Part shown: in pieces, positions 1 through 13,318 of the stretch | How positions within the stretch are numbered: position 1 is the stretch's first letter | How the letters are laid out: each line of letters starts with the position of its first letter | Source of the DNA: Malacoraja senta | Taxonomy: Eukaryota | Direction: 5' to 3' | Length of the DNA stretch: 64,000 nucleotides | Assembly: GCA_038087875.1 (NCBI GenBank) | Contig: CM075992.1 | Coordinates: forward strand, 11,782,001-11,846,000 | Notes under the pieces: model-generated | Databases searched by the model: none | The model's input: the letters and a program-made list of their open reading frames with translations, nothing else | What the model was told of the DNA's origin: nothing | Made by a program: the position numbers and the translations under genes

Positions 1-1118
1 GACACAGGTCGGGGGGAAGTTCCCCCCGCTACGGGTACCATGTAATCCCATGCTACCTGCTGCATGGTCGGATAGTCGGCCCCACCTGCTTTGCCAGGTG
101 AGGAGGGGGCTGCGGACCCCCAGCAGGACCAAAAACAAGACCTGTCAAAGGTCGGATGAACTCCTAGCGAGCCAACGGCCATCCACACTTCAGTAGAAGT
201 TGCGATCACTGTCGTACATAGCATTGTAATGAACGATGATAAAGCACACACACCAAAATCCTATACTTCCAGCGGCAGGAACTTTGCAGCTGTTCGAGGT
301 TCTGGCCCATCTGGGCACCATGATGATGGGTCTTTAAACCCTGGATACACCCCGGGGAGGGATCAGTCTGACTTCAGGACTACAGCGGTTGCACCCGTTC
401 TAAAGGGCAAGAAGTTATTGATGTTTTCATCTTTCAACGCTTTAACTATTCGTGAAGAGTCAAGGTCTACCGAGATGGCAGCGTGTAGTCGGTGATGCAG
501 GGTTGATGTCCTGGGCATTCAAGAGCATCGTCGTGCCCACCGAGACATGGAGATCAGGTTTGACAAAGCGGATGGCATGGACCTCATCACATGGTCAGCG
601 TGGAGAGGTCCTGTAAACAACTCTGCTCAGGGAGGAGTGGGTCTGCCATTGAGTCGGAGAGCAAGAAGCGCGCTGCAGGGTGTCCACTCTGTCAGTCCTC
701 GAGTCCTTATTGCTGAGTTTAGTGGTAACCCTGTCACCACTGTTATAGTATGCTACTCCCCTCACAACAGCAGCCCTGAGGCCAAAGTGGAACAATTCTA
801 CTCTGTCCTCCAAGTTGCGATGGAGTGAGTACATGTGCACAATTTTCTGGCTGTGCTTGGGGACTTCAATGTCCGCCTCAGACTGGAGGATGCCTGTTAC
901 ATCTATCACACTGGTGACACTAACCGGAATGGTCAACAACTAGGTGGCTTTCTCCAGGAGTATAGAAACCTAGCAGCCAACATCATGTTCAAAATGCACC
1001 AAGGAAAGCTGTGGACACATCAGGACCGGTGCACAGAAGAAAAGCGCCAGCTAGATTACATCCTGGTGCAACGTAAATGGCACAACAGTGTCATGGACGC
1101 TGAAGCGTACAGCACAAT
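1..1118 (+). mobile_element. RTE-clade LINE 5' fragment (5' UTR plus degenerate APE endonuclease)
   Basis: GIQEHR, VCYSP, LGDFN and QLDYIL endonuclease motifs broken by stops. Confidence 0.7.
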
Positions 1119-1249
1119 CCGGGTGTCTGGAGCCGTAAGGCAGCAACTCTACCCTTGCATCACTGTGCCAGCCCTGTGTTATTGGCAAACTTACTATCCA
1201 ACCAATCTATGTTAATGTCCAAATCATTTATGTATATCGCAAACACCAG

Positions 1250-1580
1250 GGCGGCAGGGTGGCGGCCTTACAGCATAGTTAGAGTTGCTGCCTTACAGCG
1301 CTCGCAGTGCCGGAGGCCCAGGTTCGATCCCGACTATGGGTGCTGTATGTACAGAGTTTGTACGTTCTCCCTGTGGCCTGCATGGGGTTTCTCTCAGATC
1401 TTCGGTTTTCTCCCGCATTCCAAAGACGTACAGGTAAGTAGGTTAATTGGCTTGGTAAATGTAAATGTATTCCTAGTGTGTAGGATAGTGTTAATGTGCA
1501 GGGATCTCTGGTTGCCATGGACCCGGAGGGCCGATGGGCCTGTTTCATAACTGCATCTCTAAACTAAACTATAAATTAAA
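1250..1580 (+). mobile_element. tRNA-derived SINE
   Basis: B-box ggttcgatccc, body shared with other copies in the window, (ctaaa)n tail. Confidence 0.7.
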
Positions 1581-2115
1581 CACAGATGTCCCAGCACAGT
1601 TCCCTGTGGAACACTATTGGTCACAGGTCTCCAGCCACTCCCCATAACCCTCTGTCTCCCATCAGTAAGCCAGTTAAACCTCTTCCTGCCTGTCCATCCT
1701 TGAAGATTTACTGCTCATAACCTCTATCTTCCCATCACTTCTTCCATTTGCAGATCCTCTGCCCTGGTTACCACAGCTGTGCACAGTTTTTCCTTCCTTT
1801 ATTTAAAAATGATCCAGTGGCATTAGAGACAGTCGAATAAATAGTTAATTGTATTATGCAGGAAGGAACTGGATATGCTGGTTTACACTAAAGATCGACA
1901 CAAAATGTTGGAGTCACATCGCACCCTTCCATATCTCTATGTCTCCCTCTCCTCTGACTCTCAGTCTGAAGAAGGGTCACAAACTGAAACAACACCCATT
2001 CCTTCTTTCCAGAGATCCTACCTGTCCCGCTGAGTTACTGCAGAATTTTGTGTCTATCTAAAGAGTTAATGGATTGGTTCTCTGAGAGGGTTGTTATTAT
2101 AAGCAGCTAAAGAAA

Positions 2116-4465
2116 TTGAAATTAAAGGAAGGGATAGTTAACAGTCTTGTTGTGCGTGCCCCCTTGGGCAAGAGTGACCATAATATGGTTGAGTTCTTCA
2201 TTAGGATGGAGAGTGACATTGTTAATTCAGAAACAATGGTTCTTAACTTAAAGGAAGGTAACTTTGAGGGTATGAGACGTGAATTGGCCAAGATTGACTG
2301 GCAATTAGTTCTAAAAGGGTTGGCGGTGGATATGCAATGGAAGGCATTTAAAGACTGCATGGATGAACTACAAAAATTGTTCATCCCAGTTTGGCAAAAG
2401 AATAAATCAGGGAAGGTAGTGCATCCGTGGATAACAAGGGAAATCAGGGATAGTATCAAAGCAAAAGATGATGCGTACAAATTAGCCAGAAAAAGCAGCA
2501 TACTAGAGGACTGGGAGAAATTCAGAGACCAGCAGAGGAGGACAAAGGGCTTAATTAGGAAAGGGAAAATAGATTATGAAAGAAAACTGGCAGGGAACAT
2601 AAAAACTGACTGCAAAAGTTTTTATAGATATGTGAAGAGAAAGAGATTAGTTAAGACAAATGTAGGTCCCTTGCAGTCAGAAACAGGTGAATTGATCATG
2701 GGGAACAAGGATATGGCGGACCAATTGAATAACTACTTTGGTTCCGTCTTCTCTAAGGAAGACATAAATAATCTGCCGGAAATAGCAGGGGACCGCGGTT
2801 CAAAGGAGATGGAGGAACTGAGTGAAATCCAGGTTAGTCGGGAAGTGGTGTTGGGAAAATTGAATGGATTAAAGGTCGATAAATCACCAGGGCCAGATAG
2901 GCTGCATCCCAGAGTACTTAAGGAAGTAGCTCCAGAAATAGTGGATGCATTAGTGATAATTTTTCAAAACCTTTTAGATTCTGGAGTAGTTACTGAGGAT
3001 TGGAGGGTAGCAAACATAACCCCACTTTTTAAGAAGGGAGGGAGAGAGAAAATGGGGAATTACAGACCAGTTAGTCTAACATTGGTAGTGGGGAAACTGC
3101 TAGAGTAAGTTAAATATGGGATAGCAGCACATTTGGAAAGTGGTGAAATCATTGGACAAAGTCAGCATGGATTTACGAAAGGCAAATCATGTCTGCCGAA
3201 TCTTATAGAATTTTTCGAGGATGTAACTAGTAGAGTGGATAGGGGAGAACCAGTGGATGTGTTGTATCTGGACTTTCAGAAGGCTTTCGACAAGGTCCCA
3301 CATAAGAGATTAGTATACAAACTTAAAGCACACGGTATTGCGGGTTCAGTATTGATGTGGATAGAGAACTGGCTGGCAAACAGGAAGCAAAGAGTAGGAG
3401 TAAACGGGTCCTTTTCACAATGGCAGGCAGTGACTAGTGGGGTACCGCAAGGCTCAGTGCTGGGACCCCAGCTATTTACAATTAATATTAATGAGCTGGA
3501 TGAGGAATTGAAGGCAACATCTCCAAGTTTGCGGATGACACTAAGCTGGTGGGCAGTTGTAGCTGTGAGGAGGATGCTAGAAGACTGCAAGGTGACTTGG
3601 ATAGGCTGGGTGAGTGGGCAAATGTTTGGCAGATGCAGTATAATGTGGATAAATGTGAGGTTATCCACTTTGGTGGCAAAAACAGGAAAGCAGACTATTA
3701 TCTAAATGGTGGCTGGTTAGGAAATGGGGAGATGCAGCGAGACCTGGGTGTCATGGTACACCAGTCATTGAAAGTAGGCATGCAGGTGCAGCAGGCAGTG
3801 AAGAAATCGAATGGTATGTTAGCTTTCATAGGAAAAGGATTTGAGTATAGGAGCAGGGAGGTTCTACTGCAGTTGTACAGGGTCTTGGTGAGACTACACC
3901 TGGAGTATTGCGTACAGTTTTGGTCTCCAAATCTGAGGAAGGACATTATTGCCATAGAGGGAGTGCAGAGAAGGTTCACCAGACTGATTCCTGGGATGTC
4001 AGGACTTTCATATGAAGAAAGACTGGATATACTTGGCTTATACTCGCTAGAATTTAGGAGATTGAGAGGGGATCTTATAGAAACTTACAAAATTCTTATG
4101 CGGTTGGACAGGCTAGATGCAGGAAGATTGTTCCGATGTTGGGGAGGTCCAGGACAAGGGGTCACAGCTTAAGGATAAGGGGGAAATCCTTTAAGACCGA
4201 GATGAGAAAAACATTTTTCACACAAAGAGTGGTGAATCTCAGGAACTCTCTGCCACAGAGGGTGGCTGAGGCCAGTTCATTGGCTATATTTAAGAGGGAG
4301 TTAGATGTGGCCCTTGTGGCTAAAAGGATCAGGGGGTATGGAGAGAAGGCAGGTACGGGATACTGAGTTGGATGATCAGCCATGATCATATTGAATGGCG
4401 GTGCAGGCTCAAAGGGCCGAATGGCCTACTCCTGCACCTATTTTCTATGTATCTATGTATCTATG
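2116..4465 (+). mobile_element. CR1 LINE, 5'-truncated, frameshifted ORF2
   Basis: [21 protein letters not shown] and FADDTKL motifs; 3' (ctatgtat)n tail. Confidence 0.92.
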
Positions 4466-4689
4466 AATCTGTATTGGGTGGAGTTGAGAAGAATTCCAGC
4501 TGATCGTATTGAAACGTTCATTATCCTCGGGGTGTGACAGGCAGCCATTGAGATGTTTCCATCAGAGGGGAGACATGAATAAGGAGACATAGTTATATGA
4601 CAGGGGGCACCACTTAAAGCTAACTTGCTTGAAATGTCTTCTCACAGAGAGTGGTGAGTTCCCGGAATTCCTTGTGGGTATTCCCTGGA

Positions 4690-6410
4690 GAGAAGGGCGG
4701 GACTGGCAGCTCAATGTGTACAGGAAACAGATGCTACAGAGCTGATAGAGATGCAGATAAGAGAGGAGTGTAGGGGAAGTTGCCTTTTTGATCAGGGAGG
4801 AGATAACTACAGTGTTTAGAGAGGGTATTCTTGGGGTATCATATAGTGAGGCTACATGGGTAAAACTTAGAACCAGGAAGGAAATGATCACTTTGATGGA
4901 ACAGTATTATAGGCCTCCGATAGTCAATGGGAATTAGTGGAGATGTGTCAGGAGATTGCAGGTGTCTGTAAAAATAATAGGATTGTATTAGTGGGAGATT
5001 CCAACTTCCCTAATTGACTGGGTTACCCATGGTGTAAAGGGTCTGGACAGGATTGAATTGGTTAAATCTGTCAAAGAAAGCCCTGCATGGGGCCTATGGA
5101 GAGGGCAAAACACTGGACTTTCTCTTAGGGAACAAGTTTCAGTAGTGGTGGGGATGGAGGGGAGACTTTAGGACCATACTTCTATTAGTTTTAAAGTAGT
5201 TATGTAGGACTACTTCAAAGTTAATTGGGACAAGGTCATTTTAGAGCCATGAGGTGACAACTTGCAGAGGTCAATGGGGAGAATCTGTTTGCTGGTAAGG
5301 AGAACTGGCAAGTGGGAGGCTTCCAAACATGAGATAGCAAGAGCACAGGGGCAGCATGTTCCTGTTAGGGTGAAGGGTAAGGCTTGTGACCACTCACCCA
5401 CCCATCTTTATCCATAACTATTTTGAAGCTAAAAGAACATCTCGGTGAATGGTTCCTTGAGAGTAATGGTTCAGGTCGACGGGGTAGTGAAGAAAGCATT
5501 TGGCACGCTTGCCTTCATTGGGCAGGGTATTCAGTACAATGGTTGGTTTATCATGATACAGCTGTACGTGTCAATGGTGAGATCACAAATGGAATACTCA
5601 ATGCAGTTCTGATTGCCAGCTACCGGAAGGATGTCACTATGTTGGAAAGGACACAGAAGAGATTCTCCAGGATGTTGCCTGGACTTGTTGGCTTGAGATA
5701 GAGGGAGTGGTTTGAGAGGCTGGGACATTTTTCTTTGGAGTGTCGGAGGCTGAGGGATGACTTCAGTGGCTCAGTATTTCTCCCAAGATAGAGGATACTA
5801 AAACTAGAGGGCATAGGCTTAACTTAAGAGGGGAGAGGTTTGAGAGGATCCTCTGAGGCAGTCTTTTCACTCAAGTGGGAGTCAGTATCTGCAATGAGCT
5901 GCCAGAGAAAGAAATAGAAGTGGACACAATTAGGACTTCCATAAGGGTTTTGAACAGATATAAGGATAGGAAGGGTTTAGGAGTGCCGTCGGCCATATTT
6001 AAGGAAATGGAACTAGCCCTAAATACCAAGCTGGTTGGCATGGACAATGTAGGCTGAACAGCCAGTTTTTATGCTGTATAGCTCTAACACTCTATCACAA
6101 AGGTTCATGGAGCCATACAGAAAGGAAACAGAAACTCCGGCCCAACTCGACAATGCTGACCATGCCTAACTGAGCTAGTCCCATTTGCCTGTGTTTGCCC
6201 ATATTCCTCCAAACCAAGTCCAATCCAAGTACCTGTATGTGTATTTTAAGTAGCATACTTGTACCTTCCTCTATCACTTTCTCTGGCAGCCTGTTCCATA
6301 AGTACATTGTCGCCCTTCGTGTCTCATTTCAATTTATCCCCTCCCCCTTAAGCCTGTCCCTTTAGGATTAGACTTCCCTACCCTGGGGAACGGTCTGTGG
6401 CTATTCACCT
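4690..6410. mobile_element. Old degraded CR1 fragments on both strands
   Basis: Remnants of YYRPP/VGDxNFP endonuclease sequence, ERTQKRFSRMLPG and LWNRLPEKV 3' motifs. Confidence 0.65.
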
Positions 6411-6473
6411 TAACTATAGCCCCCATGATTTTAGACACCTCCCACTCACAACCCTGGCCCGTGCGGACTGTAC

Positions 6474-6632
6474 CTCTATTTCAACCAGGGCCATGAGCAC
6501 CGCAAAGCTTGTCAGGTGCGTACAGTTGCACACTGTGTGTGTTGCGTTGAACTCGACCAATTGGCAGCCTTGAGTGGACCAGCTGAAAGCTGAACTGTTC
6601 CAGAAGACACACTTTGCTCTTTTATCAGTGAG
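6474..6632 (-). CDS. ADGRE-like GPS exon with autoproteolysis site and Stachel sequence
   Basis: tttctctctcaccag|CTCACT...ATAGAG|gtacag; 159 nt; [53 protein letters not shown], a canonical GPS motif. Confidence 0.95.
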
Positions 6633-8664
6633 CTGGTGAGAGAGAAAAAAATATTTAACATCAACGAGACCAAGTATAGATGAGATGACCGAATCACCGC
6701 ACACTTACACCCGGTCCGCCAAGAGTGGATCTCCCAGTTGCTAACCATATTAACTTCCCTTCCCATTCTCATACTGACCTTTCTGTCCTGGGCCTCATCC
6801 ATTGCCAGATTAGGGCCACATGCAAAGTGGAGGAACAACAACTCATATAAATATGAATAAGTGTTCTGACATGAAATGTGGCCTGTCCATTCCCTCCAAA
6901 GATGCTGCCTGAACTGCTGAGTTACCCAGCACGTGTGTTTTACTCAAGATCACAGCATCATTTTGCTGAGCTCCCTAGTCTTTTGCTTTTCCTCCACGGT
7001 AAAAACAGAGGTGGAATATTTATTGAGGACCTCTGCCATATCTTGCGGCTCCACACATAGATGTTTACTTGAGTCTTTGAGGCTCCCAATTCTCCCCCAA
7101 GTTACTCTTTTCATCTTATTAACATTTCTTCTAAAAACTCTTTGGTGTCTCCTTAATCTTCTCCACCAAACCTATCGTATTGCCCCTTTTTGCCCTCCTC
7201 ATTTCCTGAAGTGTACTTCTGCATCCCCTGTACTCCTCCAGGTGTTTCCTCGATTCCAGCTGCCTCTAGCTGACATATGCCTCTTTCTTTGTTTTGACCA
7301 GAGCCTCAATATCTCTTGACATCCAGCGTTTAATACTTCTGCCACCCATGCCCTTCACTCTAACAAGAACAAGCAGACCTTTAACTCTCGCTAGGTAGAC
7401 ACAATATGCTGGAGTTCTTTCTATCCAGAGATGGAGGCAGCATCTCTGGAGAGAAGGAACAAGCTGACCTTGAACTCTCGCTACCTCACTTTTATAAGTT
7501 TCTTTATTGAAAAGATTCAATAACATTGGTGTGGGTGCTGAGGAGACTCATCAGGATGTTGCCTGGGATTAAGTTTCAGTTCTGAAAGACTGGAGAGACT
7601 ACGTGTGTTTTTTCTCATAATGGAACATTACTGAGGTATTATGATTTATGGGGGGTGTTTCAAGGGTCGGCTGCAGGAAACTACGATAGATAAAAATGGA
7701 GAACTTTGATCAGGGAAAAGTTTAAATAGACCAAGAGAATCTGAGGGGATGCATTTTCAGAGAGTGGCACACACTGCCTGAGAGAGTGGTGGGAGCAGAG
7801 TCACTGATGCATTTCATAAGTAGAGAGAGACAAATTGTCGGAGTAACTCAGCATTGCTAGGCAGCATCTCTGGAGAATGCACACGTGATGTTTTGGATCA
7901 GGACCCTTCTTCAGACCGATTGTTGTCGGGTGAGTAGGGAAAAGCCAGTAAGCGAAAAATCAGGGACTGCAACAGCTGATTGTAGGCTGGAGATAGGTCT
8001 GAACACAAATGGGATACATAGTTTTGGACTACAGGGCTGGTTAATGGACCTTTAGTGGAGGAAGTGGAGGGGGGGGGGGAGACTTGAAGAAGCAGAAGGG
8101 AGAGTGAGGTGTTTATATACCTTACATAAAATTAGATAATTCAATGCTTATACCATTGGATATTAAGCCACCCAATTTCCTCCAGTTTGTGTGTGGCCTC
8201 ACTCTGGCAATGGAGGAAGCCTGGGACAGAAAGGGCAGTTGGGAAGGGGAAGTCCAGGTGATCCAGTAGGCCGAGCGCAAGTGTTCAGCGAAACAGTCGC
8301 TGAGTCTACGCTTGATCGTGCAAATGTACAGAAGCCCACATTGGGGGGGACAATGGATGCAGTAGATAAGAATTATAGCATTTAATAAATGTTTGGATGA
8401 GGACTTCAAACACCTAGGTAGAGCAGGTTATAGGTCAAGTACTGGGAATGGGATTAATACCAGATGTGTAGCCACTGGTCAGTGAGGATGCGGTGGGCTG
8501 AATGGCCTGTTCTTATGCTATGAATGTGTGACTTGAATGTGGTGACATGATTCCAACCATAACACTAATCATAACCCACTTAGTGACTCACCTCCTGGCA
8601 CCAATCTACCCCAAAGCAATTAACTCCCCCTCAACTCCAGATGTGGTCTCACCAGGGCCCAGTT

Positions 8665-9265
8665 GAGACTGGTTCTTCTGCAGTTGTACAGGGTCCTGGT
8701 GAGACCAAATCTGGAGTATTGTGTGCAGTTTTGATCTCCTAATTTGAGGTAGGTCATCCTTGCTATTGAGGCAATGCGTTCGTTCACGAGGTTAATCCCT
8801 GGGATGGCGGGGCTGTCATATGAGGAAAGATTTGAAAGACTGGGCTTGTATTTATTGGAATTTAGAAGGATGTATCTTTAGAAGGGGGTATTTTATAGAA
8901 ACATATAAAATTATAAAAGGACTGGACAAGCTAGATGCAGGAATAATGTTCCCAATGTTGGGGGAGTCCAGAACCAGGAGCCACTGTCTAAGAATAAAGG
9001 GGAGGCCATTTAAAACTGAGATGAGAACAAACTTTTTCACCCAGAGTTGTGAATTTGTGGACTTCTCTTCCACAGAAGGCAGTAGAGGCCAATTCACTGG
9101 ATACATTTTAGAGAGAGTTAGATAGAGCTCTAGGCTAGCGGATATGGGGAGAAGGCAGGCACTGGTTACTGATTGTGGATGATCAGCCTTTATCACAATG
9201 AGTGCTCAAAGGGCCAAATGGCCTCCTCCTGCACCTATTTTCTATGTTTATATGTTTCTATGTTA
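8665..9265 (+). mobile_element. CR1 3' fragment
   Basis: LIETYKII-like and GESRTR motifs, CR1 3' UTR and (ctatgttt)n tail. Confidence 0.85.
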
Positions 9266-9506
9266 CTATGTTTTAACTTCCCTGGGCTGCTAAGTTTCTG
9301 CCAATCCTGTTCCAGTCAGAAGGACAACGGCACATGTTTCCTTCCACAACTCATCCACACTCTGCTATTCCTCCTACATCATGGAATTCCAAAAAATATT
9401 GGGAAATATTAGCTCCTTCCTCTCGACAGTTTCTGACTGACCTGCTGAATAACTCCAGCACTTTCTACATTTATTTCAGATTTCCAGCTGCTGCTCCTGA
9501 ACAAAC

Positions 9507-9688
9507 CTTGTTGCCGAAGGTGAGAGTGACTGGTTCCAGGAGGTGGCTCCTGCCTGTGTTCGTTACTGCGGCAGTAACAACTTTCGAGATCAGCCCCCGC
9601 TTGCTTTCATTCTTGCAGCCTTCCACAAGGTTCGGTTCCATAAGAGAGCCCAGATGTTTGTACGAGATAAGGACAACGGCAGCAACAT
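9507..9688 (-). CDS. ADGRE-like GAIN exon 3 (absent from the ORF track)
   Basis: tttcctttgtacag|ATGTTG...AACAAG|gtttgt; 182 nt, phase 1-0; (D)VAAVVLISYKHLGSLMEPNLVEGCKNESKRGLISKVVTAAVTNTGRSHLLEPVTLTFGNK, with GAIN-type SYxxLG, SxVVTA and LxEPVTLTF motifs. Confidence 0.88.
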
Positions 9689-10648
9689 CTGTACAAAGGA
9701 AATGTTAAACAGTGAGCGCTTACCCTCATCGCCATGGCAACAGGCAGACATCAAGTGTGATTCAGGAGCAGAGACACAAAGATTAATTTCCTGGTCAATG
9801 TCAGCAATTGGGAATAAAATCCTTCAGGTGGATCCTTTTCTTTTGTACTTTGGAGAAATGTATTTGTTTGCCAGTTAAATGTGATCAGAGGTGAGTGCAG
9901 GCTGATGTTTGATTGGTGGCCTTGCCTTCCTTGCGTTGCATTCTGGGTGTATCACGTGACATGGGGCAGCAGCGTGTGGCTGGATGGATGTGGCAGCTCA
10001 TGTGATGAAACAGTGCGGAGTGTAGGGAGCCAGAGCTATAACTGGAGGATGATGGGAGTCAGAGCAGATGAAGCAAACGTTTATAGTTGGCAAGGCATCA
10101 AATGGAATAACCTGTCCAAATGTTTCCATTCAATATACATGTGGCATTTACCCCGATCATAATCCAATGCTGAGCTGATGGAACCTGCTCAATACTTGGG
10201 GGTGGATTTACTCTAGATCACCTGGAATGCATTTGATCTGCTCTCCTCAATGTCTGGGATTGAACTGGCTTAAAAACCTGGAACTGGATGAATTTGCTCT
10301 TGGGGTTCAGGATTGGGCTGGAATTTTACTTCAGAGTCACGTGAGTGACCACATGAAGAAGGCCGTCAAGGCGCATGCGTGTCATTACGTCTAGCGTATT
10401 GCGCATCGACTGACTGGTAGGCGCGCTGCTCCTGCCAGCGGTAAGTTTAAACCTTAAGGTAAGTTTCAAAACTTATTTCTAGGTTCTGTTTTTGTGTTGC
10501 AGGAAGCTCTTTACAGAGTTTGCCTGCTGGATTCGGGGCGAAGTCGGACGGTCCACGGGGAATCCGGTAATGGACCGTGGGGAGATCCCGGAAGCGCGGG
10601 TAGCCGGCGGCCGTTCGGGCTCGCAACCCAAGTCGCGGACAATGGGGT

Positions 10649-10855
10649 CAGCGGCTCCCAGACCGCTATGGTTCCCCACAAAGTGGGTAAAACCAGTAGT
10701 TAGCTGGCCTCGCCACCCGAGTCGCTGACAGTGCGGTCAGTGGCTCCCAGACCGCTATGGTTCCCCACTAAGGGGGTAAAACCAGCAGTAAGCCGGTCTC
10801 AGCTCCCGAGTCGCTGACAGTGCGTTCAGCGGCTCCTAGACCGCTATGGTTCCCC

Positions 10856-10858
<3 letters not shown>
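10649..10858 (+). repeat. About 89-bp tandem repeat in the DIRS gag region, resuming at 12451-12560 after the Rex1 insertion
   Basis: Unit ggctcccagaccgctatggttcccc...gagtcgctgacagtgcggtcag repeated about 4 times in total. Confidence 0.85.
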
Positions 10859-10899
<41 letters not shown>

Positions 10900-12450
10900 C
10901 CTTTATTGTCATCTTGCAAGCAACAGTTGTACAGTGCAAAATGAAAAGACGTTTCCCAGGGAATACCGGAGCATCGCACATGAAGTTTAAAACAATTCAC
11001 ACATAATAACACTAAAAACAATCCAGTCCCTGATGGAACAGTATAAATAGTTAAAAAGTAGGTAAAACAACAACGTTAAAATACAGTAAAACCAATCATA
11101 AACATGTCCGGGGTGGCTGATGTGAGTGGCCAGTGCCAGTTATTGAAGTGGCCAGTGCCAGTTATTAAAGTGTCCGTGCCCAGCCGCAGAATCAGGTGAC
11201 TGTGAGTACAGAGTGGCTGTTTAGCAGCCTCACAGCATATGGCAGGAAGCTGTTTAGCAGTCTTGTAGTCCGGGCTTTGATGCTGCGATATCTCATGCCT
11301 GATGGCAGGAGATCCAGGTGTATGTGGAGGGGGTGCAGTTTGGCCTTAGTAATTCTCTGAGCTTTTTTCAGACAGTGGCTCTGGAACAGTTCTTGTACCG
11401 AGGGTAGGGAGACGCCAATGATCCTCTCTGCTTCCCTCACTACCCTCTGCAGAGCCTTCCTGTCCAAGCAGTTGCAGGTGGAGTACCACGTATTTATGCA
11501 GAATGTGAGTACAGACTCCACCGTACCCCTGTAGAAAGTCCTGAGGATGTTGGTGGGGAGTGAGGCCTGTTGTAGTTTCCTCAGGAAGTGCAGTCGCTGA
11601 TGGTTTGACGGTCCCAGTGGTGTTTCTGGACCAGGTGAGGCTGTCTGTAATTTGCACACCGAGGAACTTTATGCTCTCCACTGTGCCGCCACTGATGTTG
11701 AGGGGTGCATGCTTTGGCTGCGCCCTCCTGAAGTCGACAACCATCTCCTTTGTTTTGTCGACATTTAATTCTAGATTATTTTTGCCGCACCAGTCCACTA
11801 GTTGTTTTACTTCCTCCCTGTACATTGATTCATCATCTCCGCTGATGAGTCCCACCACTGTTGTGTCATCCGCGAATTTTATGATCTTATTGTCCCTGAA
11901 TCTGGCACCACAGTCATGTGTGAGCAATGTGAACAACAGCGGGCTGAGCACACAGCCTTGAGGGGAGCCGGTGCTCAGCATGATCGAGCCTGAAGTGTTC
12001 TTGCCAACACGGACTGACTACGGTCTATCTGTCAGAAAGTCCAAGATCCAGTGACACAGGGTGGTGTTGAGGCCCAGCAGGGTTAGTTTCTCCACAAGTC
12101 TCTGTGGGATGATGGTGTTAAACGCTGAGCTGAAGTCAATGTACAGGATTCTGGCGTATATGTTTTTGTTTTCCAGATGCGTGACTACTGTGTGCAACGT
12201 GGTAGAGATGGCATCCTCTGTAGAACGGTTGGGGCGATAGGCAAACTGGAGGGGGGCTAACGATGAGGGGAAGCTGGCAGTAATGTGGGGTTTCACTAGG
12301 CGTTCAAAACACGTCATTATTATTGGGGTCAGGGCGACAGGGCGGTAGTCATTTAGGCAGGCAACAACTGGTTTCTTCGCTATGGGGATTATTGTGGACG
12401 TTTTGAGCCATGTGGGGACAATGGCTTGACTAAGGGAGATGAAGTCAATG
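10857..12450 (-). mobile_element. Rex1/Babar-clade LINE, 5'-truncated, nested in DIRS
   Basis: [34 protein letters not shown] and FYRGTVESVL motifs; (ATTG)n tail at 10857-10898. Confidence 0.88.
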
Positions 12451-13090
12451 TAAGGGAGTAAAACCAGCAGTAAGCCGGTCTCGGCACCCGAGTCGCTGAC
12501 AGTGCGGTCAGCGGCTCCTATGGTGCCCCAGAAAGGGGTCAAACCAGTAGTAAGCCGGTCAGGCCTTGGGACTCGGGCAAGTCGGGCCAGGATGGTTCCC
12601 CTCCTTTAATGGATGTGTCTACGGACGCCTAAACCCACCTGGAGCACCTGATGGAGAGGTTGCTCCACTATGATATACTCCGAAGGAGGGAGTTATCAGC
12701 GCGGGTCTCCTCGGGGACCCACGGCAGCGGCACCTGTTTCGGGGCTGCACACTGTCTCCCTCTCTGAGGAGGGAAGCATTCAGGGTCAGTTTCAGTCTGA
12801 CTCAGAGCAAAAATCCTGATGAAGGTCCGTAGGAGGGGCCATGTCAGCGCAGGTATCCTCAGGAGCCTGCGGCAGCACCTGTTTTCAGGGCTGCCTACGA
12901 ATGTGATGCTCAATCATGATATAGGTCTGTTGGAGGGGCCATATCAGCACAGGTATCCTCAGGGGCCTGCGGCAGCACCTGTTTTCAGGGCTGCCTACGA
13001 ATCTCCCTCTCTGTGGAGTGGAGTGCGAGTGGTCAGTGTGTAACTGACTTCAAATTCGAAAGTATGTCCGTGGAACAAGACGGGCCCAAT

Positions 13091-13318
13091 ATTATGGCCA
13101 GAGTTGTCTTTCGAGGCAGGCTCAGTATTATGGCCAGGATTACCTTTCGAGACAAGCTCGGAAATTACGCCAGCGTTGTCTTTCGTGGCAGGCTCAGAAT
13201 TATGGCCAGAGTTGTCTTTCGAGGCAGGCTCAGTATTATAGCCAGGACTAACTTTCGAGACAGGCTCGGGAATCTGGCCAGAGTTGCTGTACGAGGCAGG
13301 CACGGTATCATGGCAGGC
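13091..13318 (+). repeat. 36-bp minisatellite (about 6.5 copies) inside DIRS
   Basis: Unit attatggccagagttgtctttcgaggcaggctcagt with variants, no spacers. Confidence 0.85.

Noticed and set aside
1..6473. 7TM exons of the receptor
   Set aside because: No transmembrane-coding exon was recognised; the region is almost all repeats, so these exons probably lie beyond position 1.
13091..13318. 36-bp repeats resembling a CRISPR array
   Set aside because: Units are contiguous and degenerate with no unique spacers or cas genes; this is a minisatellite in a eukaryotic DIRS element.
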